From assembly GCA_905178155.1 (NCBI GenBank), contig CAJINV010000008.1, positions 2,232,001-2,296,000 on the forward strand: a DNA stretch of 64,000 bases, given 5' to 3'. How positions within the stretch are numbered: the stretch's first letter is position 1; every line of letters begins with the position of its first letter. Of this stretch, positions 22,732 to 36,317 are shown one piece after another. The stretch is from Amoebophrya sp. A120. Its lineage: Eukaryota > Protista > Dinoflagellata. Under the pieces are notes generated by a model, which was not told the DNA's origin, did no database searches, and saw only the letters and a program-made list of their open reading frames with translations. The position numbers and the translations under genes were made by a program.

Positions 22732-25700
22732 ATGGAGGACATTGAATATTCTGCGTAAAGACGTACCGACCCCATATTTGTCATGCAGCTCTGCATGCGC
22801 AGAACCTGAACCAGAAAAATGTCATGCGAAGCTCCATCACCGGAAGCATCTTCCAATCGTGCTTGGGCGTTTGTCATGATCCAGTCGTGGGAACTGCTGG
22901 TCACACAGCTGCACTAGCCACTCACGACAACACTGCGGACTGAAAACTTTTTAATGGCAACAGCCAAGAAGAAGAAAATGAAAACTTCTATGACTTTTCT
23001 TTCCAGCGAAAGTCCGAATTGGACTATGGGGCGGGGACGTACGTTTTCACACGGTATATCGAGTCCGGGCGTGTCTCCGACGAGGACACCACAACCTCTC
23101 CGCGCACATCCGCTCGGAACATATGAAACTGAAAAGTGCGCCTACCCCAACGTGCTGCGGGAGTGCTTGTGGTGCGAGAACAGTTCCCAATGGAAGCGCT
23201 TGCCACGACCTTGCATGTATCTATGTGCATGACAAGTTTGCAAGCCTAAGTGGCGAAAGTCTGTGGTGCGCAGCGCCTCAGCATTGGCGAGAGCTGTCAC
23301 TTACATGATTGCGTTAGGCTCGCCGACAAGAAGCGTTGCACCCTTTTTACGCTATACGAAAAGTTTCCGTGTGGAAAGAAAGTTTCCAACACAGACTCCT
23401 CGCCGTTTTGGCGGTGGGGCACCACTTCGCTTTTGGATAAAACACTCACCTTTACCACCAGAACGAGTTCTACTTCACTCGCGAGCCGACGATTGCCACG
23501 TATGCAAGAAAAAAGGACACACTGTCATTACAACTTTTTGCTGCATACGTATGTATGCAAAAAAGTTATCTTCAGTTGTGTTACTGGGTGTGGGTGTGCA
23601 CCATCATAGCAAGCCAGTTGCCAGCATACGTATGTTGTCACCTCCTATGTATCTGTGCAGGGGAAGCTTTTCTTGGCGTCATGCCAGACAGATTTCCACT
23701 GCTGTTCTTCTTGCCAATAGGTTCGACTTGCCGTCTTTTTTTCTTGGATACCACGCTGGCCGCGACTATCATGCTGCTCTACTTCAACCACTACCGCGTC
23801 GACCAGTTGGCGACGTGGTTTTTTCTCAGCTCCAGCACGTTTCTGTTTTACGTCTTCACGAAAGTTTCGGAGGGGACGCAGATTTTCAAGATACCTACGT
23901 CCCCCAGCCCCCCCAGCAACGTAGGCGGGGCCCAAGTAGGTGGTGGGGCCCACGTCCACGCTGCGAACCCGGCGAGAACCACGTCCGGCGGCTCAACCTC
24001 GCTCCATACGCCCCCGCCCGGTGCCGTCCCGAGCGGCGTAGTAATCAACTCGGCCTCAAAAAACCGACAGAGATCAATATCGAAAGGAAAAATCCCCCCT
24101 CCCCATTATCAAAACGGAACTTCTGATGCTGGATTTGTGTACACAAATCAGCTTTGTATTGCAGGAGGGCACTGCGGCCAGATCCCTAGCCTAGATAGGG
24201 GCGCTGGGTCTAGTTGCTTAGCATTACTTACAAACGGCTGCTCCCTACGCGCAACAGCATGCCAAATCGCTTCCATAATGGCGCGGAAGCCTCTGCGCTT
24301 GTCTTCTTGCAAGACAGACGGGATTCGTGGTCTCAAATCAGCATCGCAAATTTTCGGAGACATACCTTTTCGATATGGGGAGGGGGGATTTTTCCGCACA
24401 ATAATCAAAAACCTTCGTGGGGTTCGTCCTCCTCTTTCTGCTTCTGGTCGCGGGCGTGGCCAACAGCCGCTTTTCCCTAATTGGCCTACACGTCGCGGAC
24501 ATCGGCAGTCTAGGTGGACCTGGGGGCCCCGCGGATAGCAGGACCTGGCTCTCCAACGCGGCCCATACACTTTTACTTGGCGAACAAGCTGCTCTTCCAG
24601 GCGCGGATCATGCAGCGTCGAGTACGTCCTTCGGCTCCGGTGCGGTAGTTGCCCACCATCTTCTATCCTACAGGGAAAAAATTGGCAAGGCATATTTGCG
24701 AATGCAAAAACGAGATCAAAGAAGCAGGAAATTGATGAAAATCCGTCATGGGCGGTGATCCCATAGCATGCCGTGTGAGTTGTAGACATGCACGAGTGAG
24801 AATGAGATCTTTTCCTCGTGTATTCGTTTATTTCGCATTACTGCCAGCTTTCTTCTGGGTGATATCTTCCAACGGTGAAGGCGCTCGCGTCTTCCGGCGC
24901 GACCAACGACCAGAGATTCCGCAGAAAAAAGCAGACCGCGAGCGTGCAGCAGCAGGTCAGTGACGAATTCCGGGGGTTGTCGGTGTCTATCATCATTCCC
25001 GCAAAGTACGAGAAAGAGTACATCGTTCGCACGCTCATGTACGTGTATCAGATCACGCCGTTTGCGCTGCTAGAGGAGGTAATCGTGGTGGACGACCAAA
25101 GCGACGACTCCCTTGTCGACGATCTGGTCGAGAAGGCCGTGGTATCGCCGACTGGGGAGCTCAACTTCCTGGTGAGAGGATGGTGTTTTTTTCCTAGAGC
25201 TAGATTTACTTGCACATCTACATCAGATAATGTGGGTAGTGTAAGAAAAATATACGAAATTTTGACAAAAATCTACAGACCGACGAACAGCTATGCAAGT
25301 GCTGCACAACACCACCTTCCCCACAATTCAAGGGCGTGAGCAGCAACAGGCGCCATGCTGGAAATGTACTAGCTTTCGCATGACAAACTAACGCACGGAC
25401 TGTAGTAGTACTGTTTCGGGCTCTAAAACTTGTTTATGCGAATGCCAAATAGTGCCTACTCGTACAATGTGTATGCAAGTTAAGATTTCGACGTGTCATT
25501 TTCCGTCACGAATACGAATGAGGAAGCCGGGGGAGTTGTGCGCTCTCACAACAGCGAAGGAGCATCAAGGTGATGCGGAACGATCTACCAAACTCAAAAG
25601 TGCCCCGCCGCCCCCAGAAGACAGAGCTTGGAAGTAATTTGCTTACCCTGGAACCGAACCCTTCCATGCGTTGGAACTTCTTCATCTCATGCATGTGCAG

Positions 25701-28517
25701 TTGCTTGAGAATGCAACGCATTCTGAAAACAATCCCCGAGGCGGAGTTTACATAGCTTTGTGGAAATAATTTCGCAGAACTGGCGTTGCGCAGCTTCTCG
25801 CTGTCCTAATTCAGTGCCCATACGAAAGTTCTTTTTCGATTTCTATATATGCAATTGTCGAAGCTGAAACTTCATCTTCGTCTTTCTGGGGTACTAGCAT
25901 GGGTAGTTCTCACTTTGATACGACCACCGGCAGGGCTTAATCCGTGCGAAGATCATGGGTGCCAACGCCGCGGTCGGAAGCCACATTTTTTTTCTGGACG
26001 GTCATTGCCGACCCTTTGAGGGGTGGCTCGAGCCCTTGCTCCGAAGGTCGCTCGGGAACTACAAAAGAATTGTGGTGCCAACGATTCCCGACGTAGAGGC
26101 GAAGGACTATGGAATTCTCAAACGTTGCATGGACCTCGGTTGCATATATTTTTGCTTGATCTATTGTTATTTGCAGATGATAAAAAATTCTGCGTATCAG
26201 GTGGCATAGTTCAGGTAGGCGGTTTCTTTCCATGAGGAAATTACGACGCGCTTCTCACTAGTCATTGAAATCCGTAAGTCCCAGTATTGCATGCTTATGC
26301 AAGAAGCGCAAGCTGGTCCTCTCTTCTATTGCTCTTCCTCATATGCTATTCTTGTAGCAGCACAGAGAGATGATGTTGATCTACCTCTCCAGCAAAAGAT
26401 CACGTAAACAGCGATCCAAACAGCGTGTGGGAATGCCATAAGGACTGGTCCAAGAAGTCGAATGTCGGAATCAAGATGATGTTCGAGTGGAACTTCCATT
26501 TCGACTGGTTTGACGACCCGGGAGACGAAGTGCCAATACTGAGTGGGGGGCTACTGCTGATGACAAAAAAATGGTGGAACGAGATGGGCGGGTAAGTTAG
26601 TAGAAAATCGGAAGAACTTCTTGTTTGTTCACAGTGCATACGCATTTGTTATTCTTGTTGTTCGCAAAGGTACACTGTGTCTGTGGGTAATATGGCCACT
26701 TTCCTGTTGCAGTTCTCTTTTCATCATCTTGGCGGTCCGCGGCACCGGTACTTTGAATACCTCTTCTGTATTGTCTTGCCTGGCTTGCGTGGACAAAGAG
26801 GCGATTTTCGTCGCTTGCTTTCTTCTGTTTCTTCATTCATCTCTTTGCGAGATTTAATATGGCCAGGACAACTGAATCTGAACCTGAAGAGATACCAAGG
26901 CGCTGTCAGGTCTGAATAGAGAGTGGGTTTTCAGCGAGGTTTTCTTGCTTTGGTGATTGAGTACGCACTGTGCCAGGACGAGAAACGTAAGGAGGTCGTC
27001 CTCGGACCTGCCTATTACCACAAGGTGCAACCCCTACATACAAATTTCAGTGTTTTTTCCTTGCATCTTGACGCTGCTTTTGAATAATCTTGATTCGGCG
27101 CAAATAGGTATGACGACGGCATGCTGGAGTGGGGCGGCGAAAATATTGAGCAGTCCCTTCGCTGCTGGATGTGCGGCGGGGAGATCGTCGTAGAACGTCA
27201 CAGCCAAGTATCCAGTGCAAATCTCCTCGATTTATTGGGTCTGGAAAGTTGTGATGCTGCGTTGTCATCAATGCTTGCAGCACTCGCAGTAAGAAAACGC
27301 TACCAGTGCCAGGCATGTGACAATGCAGGTGCTAGTCCCGCTCCTGTTCGTCATGTACATATTACAGGATTTAGGAGGACGAGGATGTAAGCCAAGCTAG
27401 GTTATTTACGTGAAATTGCACTTTGGTTTTCATCCGATCGAGATCGATATTTGCAATGCATCCAAAGTGGGACACATCTTTTTTCGCCCGCAGCCCCCAA
27501 ACAAGGTGAAACCGCTGACCGTCCCGCGGAATAAGGCACGAGGGGCCTACGTTGTATCGCGAAAAAAAAGACCACGACAATTTTGACATGAGAAATATTT
27601 CGCCTGTCTGCACAGACAGTTTCTTTGGGTCCACTCACACAGTTTTTATTCTGCAGACTAGCTGCATTCCTCGTGCGTACTATTATGATGGTCCGCGTAC
27701 GGCAAGGCGACACACATGCAGAACAAGTCACGTCGCGATATTAAACATACATGAATATGATCTTACCGTATGATTTTCGTGGTGCTTTTTTCTTGGATGT
27801 GGGTGGCTCGACAACTACTACCAGGTGTTCGCAGACCGAATGCCGGACGTGAAAAACAAACTAGATCTGGGTTCCAACCTGCTGGAGCGGATGCTCTTCC
27901 GCTTCAATTACGGGTGCGAGAAGTTCCAGTGGTGGCTTCGCCGGTTTGAGAGCGTGTTCGAAACCCAGGGGCTCATCGTGGACAAGCAGCACCACCTACG
28001 CCACACCGCCACTGGCTACTGCATGGAGGGGACGGACAAGGGCAAAATCGTCTTCGACGTGTGCTCGCCCGAAAAGGACACGCAGAAGTGGGGCTTCATC
28101 AACCAGCGCAAGCGGCTCGTCAATGCCAAGTTTAAGCGGTGCGTGGACCGCGGCAATAACCCCGGCGCCGTGACCCCCATCCTGTACAACTGCGACCGTG
28201 TATTGTCCAACCGAAACCAAATATGGCAGTTCACCAATCACCACGACCCGCCCTCGCAAAAGGACCGGAACTTTCACGACGATAAAGCCTTCGCGGGCCG
28301 CCTGTACAGCAACAACGATTTGGACTCAGCAACATTTAACTACGGAAAGTGTCTCGGCGTGGGTATGAACAGTATGGTGGAGAAAAAGGTAGACGATGTT
28401 GACTCCTCGAAAAGTAATAAAGCCGGCGCAGGTTCTCCCCCAATCCTGAATATGTTCAACTGCGGCCAAAGTCTGGACGACGACCTGAAGAAATTCCAGT
28501 TTGACGTTATCTGGTGA
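22732..28517 (+). CDS. Polypeptide N-acetylgalactosaminyltransferase (GT27) with ricin-B domain, copy 2
   Basis: Same motif set (SIIIP, EEVIVVDD, GLIRA, FLDGHC, WGGENIE, VGHIF, QKW/QIW). About 9 introners plus GT-AG intron 26592-27107. Junction ~25172-25545 unresolved. Confidence 0.88.
22747..23058. mobile_element. Introner family E, degenerate
   Basis: TSD TTGAA/TCGAG; frame restored from ATG 22732. Confidence 0.6.
23122..23439. mobile_element. Introner family F
   Basis: TSD GAACA/AAACA. Confidence 0.75.
23501..23750. mobile_element. Introner family D-like
   Basis: TATGCAAGAAAAAA...TTTTTTTCTTGGATA; TSD CCACG. Confidence 0.8.
24078..24403. mobile_element. Introner family B (reverse)
   Basis: TSD ATCAA. 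Confidence 0.9.
24664..24864. mobile_element. Introner, weak TIR
   Basis: TATC...GATA; TSD TCTTC; frame restored. Confidence 0.75.
25586..25920. mobile_element. Introner family F, degenerate
   Basis: TSD CGATC/CGACC; restores RNDHRQGLIRA. Confidence 0.75.
26108..26440. mobile_element. Introner family G, degenerate
   Basis: TATGGAATTC...GAATGCCATA; TSD AGGAC. Confidence 0.8.
26592..27107 (+). other. Canonical GT-AG intron
   Basis: GTAAGT...AATAG; restores GGYDDGM. Confidence 0.85.
27209..27462. mobile_element. Degenerate introner
   Basis: TSD CCAAG/CAAAG; restores SQVGHIF. Confidence 0.7.
27555..27799. mobile_element. Introner family D-like, highly degenerate; boundaries approximate
   Basis: AAAAAAAGACCACGA / TCGTGGTGCTTTTTT; interrupts AYV|WLD. 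Confidence 0.55.
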
Positions 28518-29982
28518 GGACCACATAATCCACAGTACAGCACCTACGGAAGACGCGTCAACTACATGAAGAGCCTGCGAACAATAAATCAAATTGGGTC
28601 TCAACATCTTCTCCCCTGTCGCGGCGCGCATGTCTACGAGCATGGTCGTGGATCCGCGGAGCATCTCGTACTGATAAGGCGCCTGATGTTGCACAGCATA
28701 TGATGGAAGATTTGTGAAGAAGCACAGCACCGGGAGCTGCTATAAAATGCAGAGGAATTTTTACAGTCCGGAAGTCCCTCATGATCGTGCGCCACATACT
28801 TAAAATCATCGATCCGCATAAATATACAATTCAATCACAATCCTCGCGCAACTACTAAACCTTACCAAAGCTGCTTCTAGGGCAGCCCGTTCAAACAAGC
28901 TTTTTTTGCGCCCCGCACTTGTTTAACTCATGATCTAGGGCTGTGGTGTTCGACAAGTTCTTCGTTGTGATGCCGATCTATCAAAATCAAGAAATGGGCC
29001 ATAATCTTCGAAGGAAGAAAAAGAATTCTTCGAAGTAATCCGTACAAGGCCTCGATGAACCTCGGTCACGCGCACGGGAGCTGACTGCATTTTTGAAGAT
29101 GGCGTCGGTGAAATACGATCGATAACGAAGTACTGTGTAGTAAAGGTAAACGTATAGAAGATGAAAAGTGTATCGCGCAGGTGCTGTGTCTTGGATCCAC
29201 CACGGAGAAAACAAAGTAGAAGCCACACAACTCGCGGAAATAGCGTCTCGAAGATCATTTGTGGTCTTGTTTGTATAGTGAGATAGAAGTTCTTCTACTT
29301 CTTGCAGCTGTCGCTACTATTTGCCGACGAAATGCAGAATGATCAAGAATAAATAAATGTCTGAGGCGTGGCCCGCCAACCTTCGGTATGATCCTCACGC
29401 AGAAAGGGTTTGGATCTTTTCGACATCATGTGAAGTTGATGGCTCGGTCGGTATGAAAGTGTTTTCGATGATTTGCGATCAGTCCGTGAAAAATGTGGCT
29501 CAGAGAAAAATTATGCACAGATCCTGGTAAAAATTCGTATCGCGATCATCTTGTCAGTAGATGGCCCGAGAACAAAGGAAGCATATGATCGGGTGAGAGT
29601 AAATGTCAATCTCGAAGTAGAGTTTAAAGTGCCGTGCCAATAACTGATAGATACTGAATCACAGACACAGGTGGAAAGTAACTTTCATAGCGTTCTTTTC
29701 TTCTTCTCCGGGCACGGGCGTTATAGTCTTTTCGTGTTGGGAAAGCATAACTCATTGCCATGGGTGCACCTGGCAAACAAGAACAACGCTGAAGTAGCGC
29801 TATAAACATGTTATCGAACTACATGTACTTTACTTATATTGAAGTTGTACCATGATTGTTGATTGCTAAGAAAATCCCGCGTGCTACCCCCGCTTTCATC
29901 ATTCATTGTGACGAACAAAGATGATTATTTTTGGTAAGATACTCTTAGACTATTTTCCTTTTTCATCCCGAGTCTGAATCTG

Positions 29983-32900
29983 ATGAACAAGAGGAACAGG
30001 AGAAGCAGATTCTCTCTCTCCCTTATGGGTTGTTTTTCCGGAGGACGTTTGTGTGCGACGTTGCTACATGTCTACTTTGCAGGGGCCTCAAGCGTTGTCA
30101 GTGGTTCCTTGGCAGGGCCTCGTTTTGACGAAGCAGCACTTGAGGCCACATCGCGCGTCTGCGGGTCGTCCGACCCTGAGCCACCGGAGAAACGAGACAC
30201 GGAAGAAGTTTTGGTACTGCCTCCGAGCTCCAATAGCACCGGAGTCCGCACTACGAGCACTGGCGATCGGGAGCAGCTTGTGGAAAAACCGGAGCCGCAT
30301 TGTTCGGATGCTGATGTTACTGACGAAACACTGGAAACCGAAACAAGCAGCGCACAAAGAGCAAACTGCCGCGGGAACAATTATGAGGATCAACAAAACG
30401 ACGGCAGGACGGCAGCGGATGCAGCTTCGTCTCAGAAGGTGCAGCTTCGTCCCCACATTGCTTCCACCGCAGACAGTGCCACTGGTAGTTGCTCAAGAAG
30501 CCGAGACGGCGTGGAAGATGTCGGTGGGGCAAAAGGTTGTGCGCCTGTTGAAGGAGATCGAGATGAATGTGCAGAACAGCAAAATTTGTCGCGACCTTCG
30601 CCGCGAAGAAATGTTCCTCTACTCCTCGGAACAGACAGGACAACGGAGCGCAAAAACGACACCCAGGGGAGCGGGAGCGCCAGTATGACTTTGACACCAC
30701 TTGCTGACAAAAGAAGAACGGGAATTGCTTTGGGTGTCGCGGGGTTGATACGGCCGACGTCTTCGCATGATCATCCTGGAAGCGGAAAGAAGTGGCTGCA
30801 GGTCCGCGACGAAACGACCGGCCAGTGGTTATTGCAGGAGTTCGTCGCCGTGGACGACCGTGAAAGTGTGCTGCGTCTCCTGCCGGGTTATACTACCGGC
30901 GAAATTGGGTATCAGCTTCGGGAGGTACAGGCCGACTCTGACGTCGGGGCAACTAATACGGCACCCGGGTCGTGGACTTACCAAGCCACAGCGTTCGAAG
31001 CGCCGTGGCACCTCCTGCAACAGTATCAGCTGCAAATATTGATCTGGGTCTGGACACTTGGCATGCCACTTCCTTAATAGTATGCATAGTACTGTAAATA
31101 AAGATGTTGACGAACATCAGGAACAGCAACAGTAGCAGAACAGGGTGGGATGTATGAGCCTTCGGAGCGGTGTTAACCTCATATTTAGAAGAGACACATA
31201 CTAGTGCATACGCGCCTCCAAAAGATGACAAGAATAAAAACGACTTTTACATAATTTGCCACCGTCGACCGAAGTAGCGGCTGCGTCCTGGTACTACGCA
31301 ATGTTCCGCTTCAGATATACGTATACGCACTTTCGCAACTGGAAGTGAAAACGTAATCTGCTCCTTCGAAGTGTGCATCGCAGAGAATACAGCTACGCCC
31401 GACAAGCATGTGGAGTTCTTGCAAGCTTCCAGATGGCCCAAGCATATTTGCAATGCATAAACAAGACCGGTTTGAGGCCAGGACTGTATTTGGAGCAGGT
31501 CCTGCGGTTCCTCCTCCAGGCCTTCTCGCCCGCATGAGGGGTTCGTCCTGGTGCGGCCTAATGACTTCTTCTCCGACGTCGCCGGTGCCGGTCTCCCGCC
31601 CGGGCAGTCCGAGCCCTTTCTTCGGTATGGAGAGCAGCACACCTGAAGTGCCCGGCGCGACTCATGGGGAGGACGACCCAGCACAGATGAACTGCGGGGG
31701 CGAGCTCGAGCCAATAAGCCCAACAACTCCGTTGTCAACGAATACTTTATTTCGGGAACAGCATCAATTCAGAGGGGCTGAGTCGCTGAGTGCTTTCGAG
31801 ACAACCCTGCGGATGTACCTGACCAATTGGCAAAGCGTGGTGTTGGACTGGAATCACACTGCGTACCGCAAGCGAACGCACGCACGACACGAGGATGATT
31901 CGGACCCTGACTCATCCCACGTGAGTATACGTCTGGATGATAGATACACCCACGCGAACCGGAAGCTTCGGACTCTGGAGAAACGGCACTTTTGCTCCCC
32001 TCTGATCCTGCGCTTACAGCGCATCATAGGCGCCACTTCCTCACATTTGGCTGCCTGCGACGACGAGGAGGAGCCGCCAGTGCCTCCACCATTCGCGTTT
32101 GGCCATGGTGTTTTTCCTTCGTTTGCGGAGCAGTTGGGAGCTGACGTGTGGACCGTATCCGTAGGGCCCCTGCCTCGACAAAAACCGAAGCTGCTGTTCC
32201 ACCTCGACAAACACGACTTGACACCCCAAGGTCGCATTGAGCGAGAGCTTCGTCTCGTCGAGGAATACTGGACCCGATACTCCCCGCCTACCAAACTTGC
32301 GAGGATCGAAATCCATTTTCGCTCGCCCCGCAGGGTCGTGGTAGACGGTCGTGTTGGTGCACCCCCCGGAGGACGATCCGAGACGCGTGACGTTGGGGTG
32401 GAGCAAACCATGGCCACAGAGAGGGGTTTACTTTCTGATTCTGCCGTGGACGAAAAGAACGAGAACGAGTCCAACAACGAGGGACGTCGAGACCCAATAA
32501 TGCCCACTCCAGCTAGAGTTGTCGAAGAAGATCCAGAAAATTACAACCTTAATAACTCCGCGGTGGATGTTGATACAGAGCGGGAGCGAGGCGGCCCTCA
32601 TGCTGAAAAAAATCTTCATCCTGAAAAAGAAAATCTTCATCGTCATGCTGCACAACGACCAGGAACTACTACTACACGAAGCCGCGAACAAAGCCCAAAC
32701 ATGTACAATTCTTGCAAGCTCGATATTCATTTTTACTCAAGAAACTTGCTTTTGCATCCGGAGATTCTTCCTTCGGCTAAGCTTCGTCTTGTAGGCGCCT
32801 TCTCCTTTGACTATGTTGCCCCCGCAGATGAAAACGAATCGGATGCACTCCGGTCTCCGACGAATATCAAGCATGTCAATGACCTCGCCGCTGGTGCAGC

Positions 32901-35900
32901 AGGAGCTTCGAATACAAGCATCTCAAGCACGCCATCCCCGGTAGGAGCGTCCACAAGCCCACCATCTTTGTCGTTTCTGCGTCTTGACCTGTTCTGGGCA
33001 GGCACGGGAAACTCGGCCAAGCTGAGCGATAACTCCATGTTTGTTCGCAGGAATAACTGGTTGGTAGAAGAAGATTATCGCAAGAAAAAAGTGTTGTAGT
33101 TAGAGCCACACAGTTGTTGTACCTTCAGCAACACAGCCCATGACAGAGAAAACTTGTGATGCAGGGATCATAATGTAAAAAAATAAATAAAAAAACTTCT
33201 AACTGGGCTCGTGTGCATATTCGGCATGAAAGAACTTGTCAGTCTTGCTTGGGCTGCAACACAATCAATGCACAACTGTCACACTACTTCTTTCTCGCGA
33301 TAAAGATGTCTCTGCTGCCCCCGATGGGGAGAACAGCATAGCAGTCGTGTCAGCGGGGCCGCAAGTTGAGCACGAGATAAAGTCTACTCTGGTTGAAGAA
33401 CAAGAACCTCAAAAAGGAGATGATCTAAAAATGACATCAGATTCAAAGACGCCAACATTGGCACGGCTCACCGCCGCTGCAGAGATATTAGTGACGCCCG
33501 GGAAGAACGAACCAGCAGACACATGGATGCCAAAACTGGCTACAACTGTTGAAGCAGGAGAAGGAGGTTTTTCCACCATGCTGCCGTATGCGCCTCAAGA
33601 AAGCGAGTACAAGAGTTCGAAAGGCTACAGATGTCGACAGAGGCTGACCGACCCCAATAATTGGTTGGCGTACCGGAGTCGAACCTTTATTCCTGGAATA
33701 GACCTAGGAGCACGAGGACCAGATTTTTCGGCCGTGTCCTCAGCCGAGTATGTTGCACCTGGTGAGGAGGATACTTCCTGCTTGAATATTCACGGGAAGA
33801 CACCAGGTTCGCAGGGGACCACACGTGCAGCCACGTCTTCACGCCGCGCAGCGCGCAGCGGCCGCGTGCGTCGCGCAGGGCGCCGCCGCGCGCCGCGCAT
33901 TAGTGCTGAAAGTGCGGCGGGACTTGTAGTTTCGGACGATGCAGCTGTGTTCCACGAAGATCCCGAGGCCGCCGCTGTGCCATATTCATCTGGGACGAGC
34001 TGCACGGGTGACGCACCACAAATACAGCGACAACAAGTTTTTATTTCGGAGCCAAGCAACGCCGCCGTCGCAGCTCCATTTCCCCTGCCAGGAGGGCCTG
34101 GTCCCCGGGACGAGAACAATTTTGCTCAAGCGGACCAACAGAATTTGGTAGTAAAGGGTCCACCTCGGGGACGGGGCGACGATCGAGGACGGCGTGGGAA
34201 GGGCGCGAACAAGGACCCCTGGCAGAACGTGAAGATACAGATCGTCCCACGAACCAGCACGAGCGACCCCGTTGACAAAGATAATGCCTCCCCCGCCCCT
34301 GCGCCTGCACCCCCTCCCCCAGCCCCACCCGCCCCCCAGCCGGGGCCGGGGGGCGGTAAGGGTGCAGCTGCAGACAGAACTTCTCCAGCTCGGCCACCTT
34401 CTTCACAACGAGGCCCTGCTGGAGCAGGAGGAAATCGAAATCATGGTGAACATCCGCCAACTAGTAATGTTCCTGCTCCACGTTCTGCTGTCCAACTCCA
34501 AAATACCAATTTTCCCGCCGCGGGCCAGGAGGCGTTGTGCGTCGAAAGGAAATATGGATTGCAAAAGTGTTTGGGTCTGGAAGATTCTAAAGTTGTAATG
34601 CTGTCTCTGGATTCTAAAAAAAATTGTATTGCATGACCAGCAAGAGGACTCCAGTTTGTGCAACGCGGAAAGGGCATTTCTGATGCGGTAGAGGCATCAC
34701 AAAGTCCTGTAAAAATCTGTGATGCTAGGGCATGCATCACAGACATCATGGATCATTCTAAATATGCATGACAAATCTCAGAATCTTCCAGACCCAGACA
34801 TTTTTGCATTTGATAGGAAAGAACTGGACGGGATCCGGTCTCTCTACGTGGAGCTGCTGCGCCGGGATGGCCTCTTGCTGCGGACGCTTCCCGGCGGTGC
34901 GCGGGACGATGCCGTGATCGTGATGGCCGCGATCCGAAACAATCCCGAAGCCCTCCGGTACGCCAGCGCCAACTGCCGCGACCGGCTGGAGCTGGTTCGG
35001 GCCGCGGTCGCGGCGGAAAGAAGGCACTGCGACGAGGCGGGTCGTGATTCTATTTTGCACGAGCGTCCATCTAGATCTACTTCTCGGCAACCCTCGTCGC
35101 CAAAGGCGGACACCTCCCGGACGGCGGGGACGAGGGAGGATGTTGATGCGCAACAAGAGGCACAAAGAACCGCGGGTAGATATCTGCGGTTCGCGTCGGC
35201 TCGGCTGCGCCAAAATTACGCGCTGGTGAGGTATGCGATCGAGAAGAACGCCTGCAACCTGGAGTTCGCAGACGCGGAGAATCTGCGGGACAACGAGGAG
35301 CTAGTCGCTTTCGCAGTGCAGCTGTCCGGGGTCGCGCTGCAATACGCCTCGGCGCGGTTGCGGAACCGGGAACACATCGTGCGGCGCGCGATCGACCAGG
35401 GTGCGGCTGCCGAACAGCAACGTGGACGAGAGAGTGTTTCTTTGGGAGACCACCACAAGCACCACAGTCGGAATTATACTAAAAGCCCGGATTGCAGACC
35501 GATTTCGTTCAGCGATTTGCGGTACCGCGACTACGCACTCGCGCTGTACGCGGTGCAGCAGTGCGGCGGGGCGCTGGAGTACTTGGGCGAGGACTTTCGG
35601 GATGACGACGGTATCTGTTGGGCCGCCGTGCGCGCGGATCCCAGTGCGTTGCAGTACGCGTCTGCGCGGTTTCGCGACACCTACGAGGCGACCCAGGCGG
35701 CTCAGCTGCGCGCGTTCTGGGCTATGGTGGGCGTCTCCATTGCTTGCGGCCTCGCCTTTTTCGCTGTACTCACGGCAATCCTGTGCCTGCGGCTCCGCGC
35801 CGAGGCCGCCGCACGCGATCTCCCAGGACCTCAGGACGAGGAGGAGGACGTTGTGCCATCTGCTCCTGCTGGTCTTGCCAGGACGAAAGGGACGAGACAA

Positions 35901-36317
35901 GGACACCGCCTAAACTCGGAACAAGTCTTCTTCAACAAGAAGACGAATGCCTTTGTCAGGGCTGCGGACCACCCGTTGATGTTCTCCGCAGTCGCTACAA
36001 GTTCGAGCAACCTCTACCCTACGACAGCCCCTGGACCTTCGCGCCCAGGGCCAGTAAGTAGAAGTGGAGCTGCTACCGGAGTCGCTTCGCGTTCGGCGGA
36101 GCAGCGCACAAAAAAGGGCACGGAAGATGAAGCACTGCAGCTTGCCGGTGATCAACAAATAAAACGCGAATCAGCCACAACAGCGTCCTCGTCAAATCAC
36201 GAGAATGTCGTGCCCGTTCCGCAATTTATCATGACTTCACCTACTCATCCCTCATCGAGTGCACGGAAGGACATAGGCACGCCGCCGCGTCCGCGTGGTT
36301 GCTCGCTATCCGGCTGA
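29983..36317 (+). CDS. Large protein with C-terminal DUF4116-like repeats and a transmembrane helix; 4 exons
   Basis: Four ORFs join in frame on removing 31024-31464, 33076-33307 and 34553-34820. Repeats of the type IVMAAIRNNPEALRYASANCRD / LVAFAVQLSGVALQYASARLRN. TM segment FWAMVGVSIACGLAFFAVLTAILCL. Confidence 0.75.
31024..31459. mobile_element. Introner family A-related, long
   Basis: TATCAGCTGCAAATATTGATCTGGGTCTGG; TSD AACAG/AACAA. Confidence 0.8.
33076..33302. mobile_element. Introner family D-like
   Basis: TATCGCAAGAAA...TTTCTCGCGATA; TSD AAGAT. Confidence 0.85.
34553..34815. mobile_element. Introner family A
   Basis: TSD GGAAA. Confidence 0.9.

Noticed and set aside
31024-34815. Stop-codon reassignment or programmed frameshifting to explain broken ORFs
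   Set aside because: Each resolved break coincides with an element or a GT-AG intron; the exons are stop-free in the standard code.
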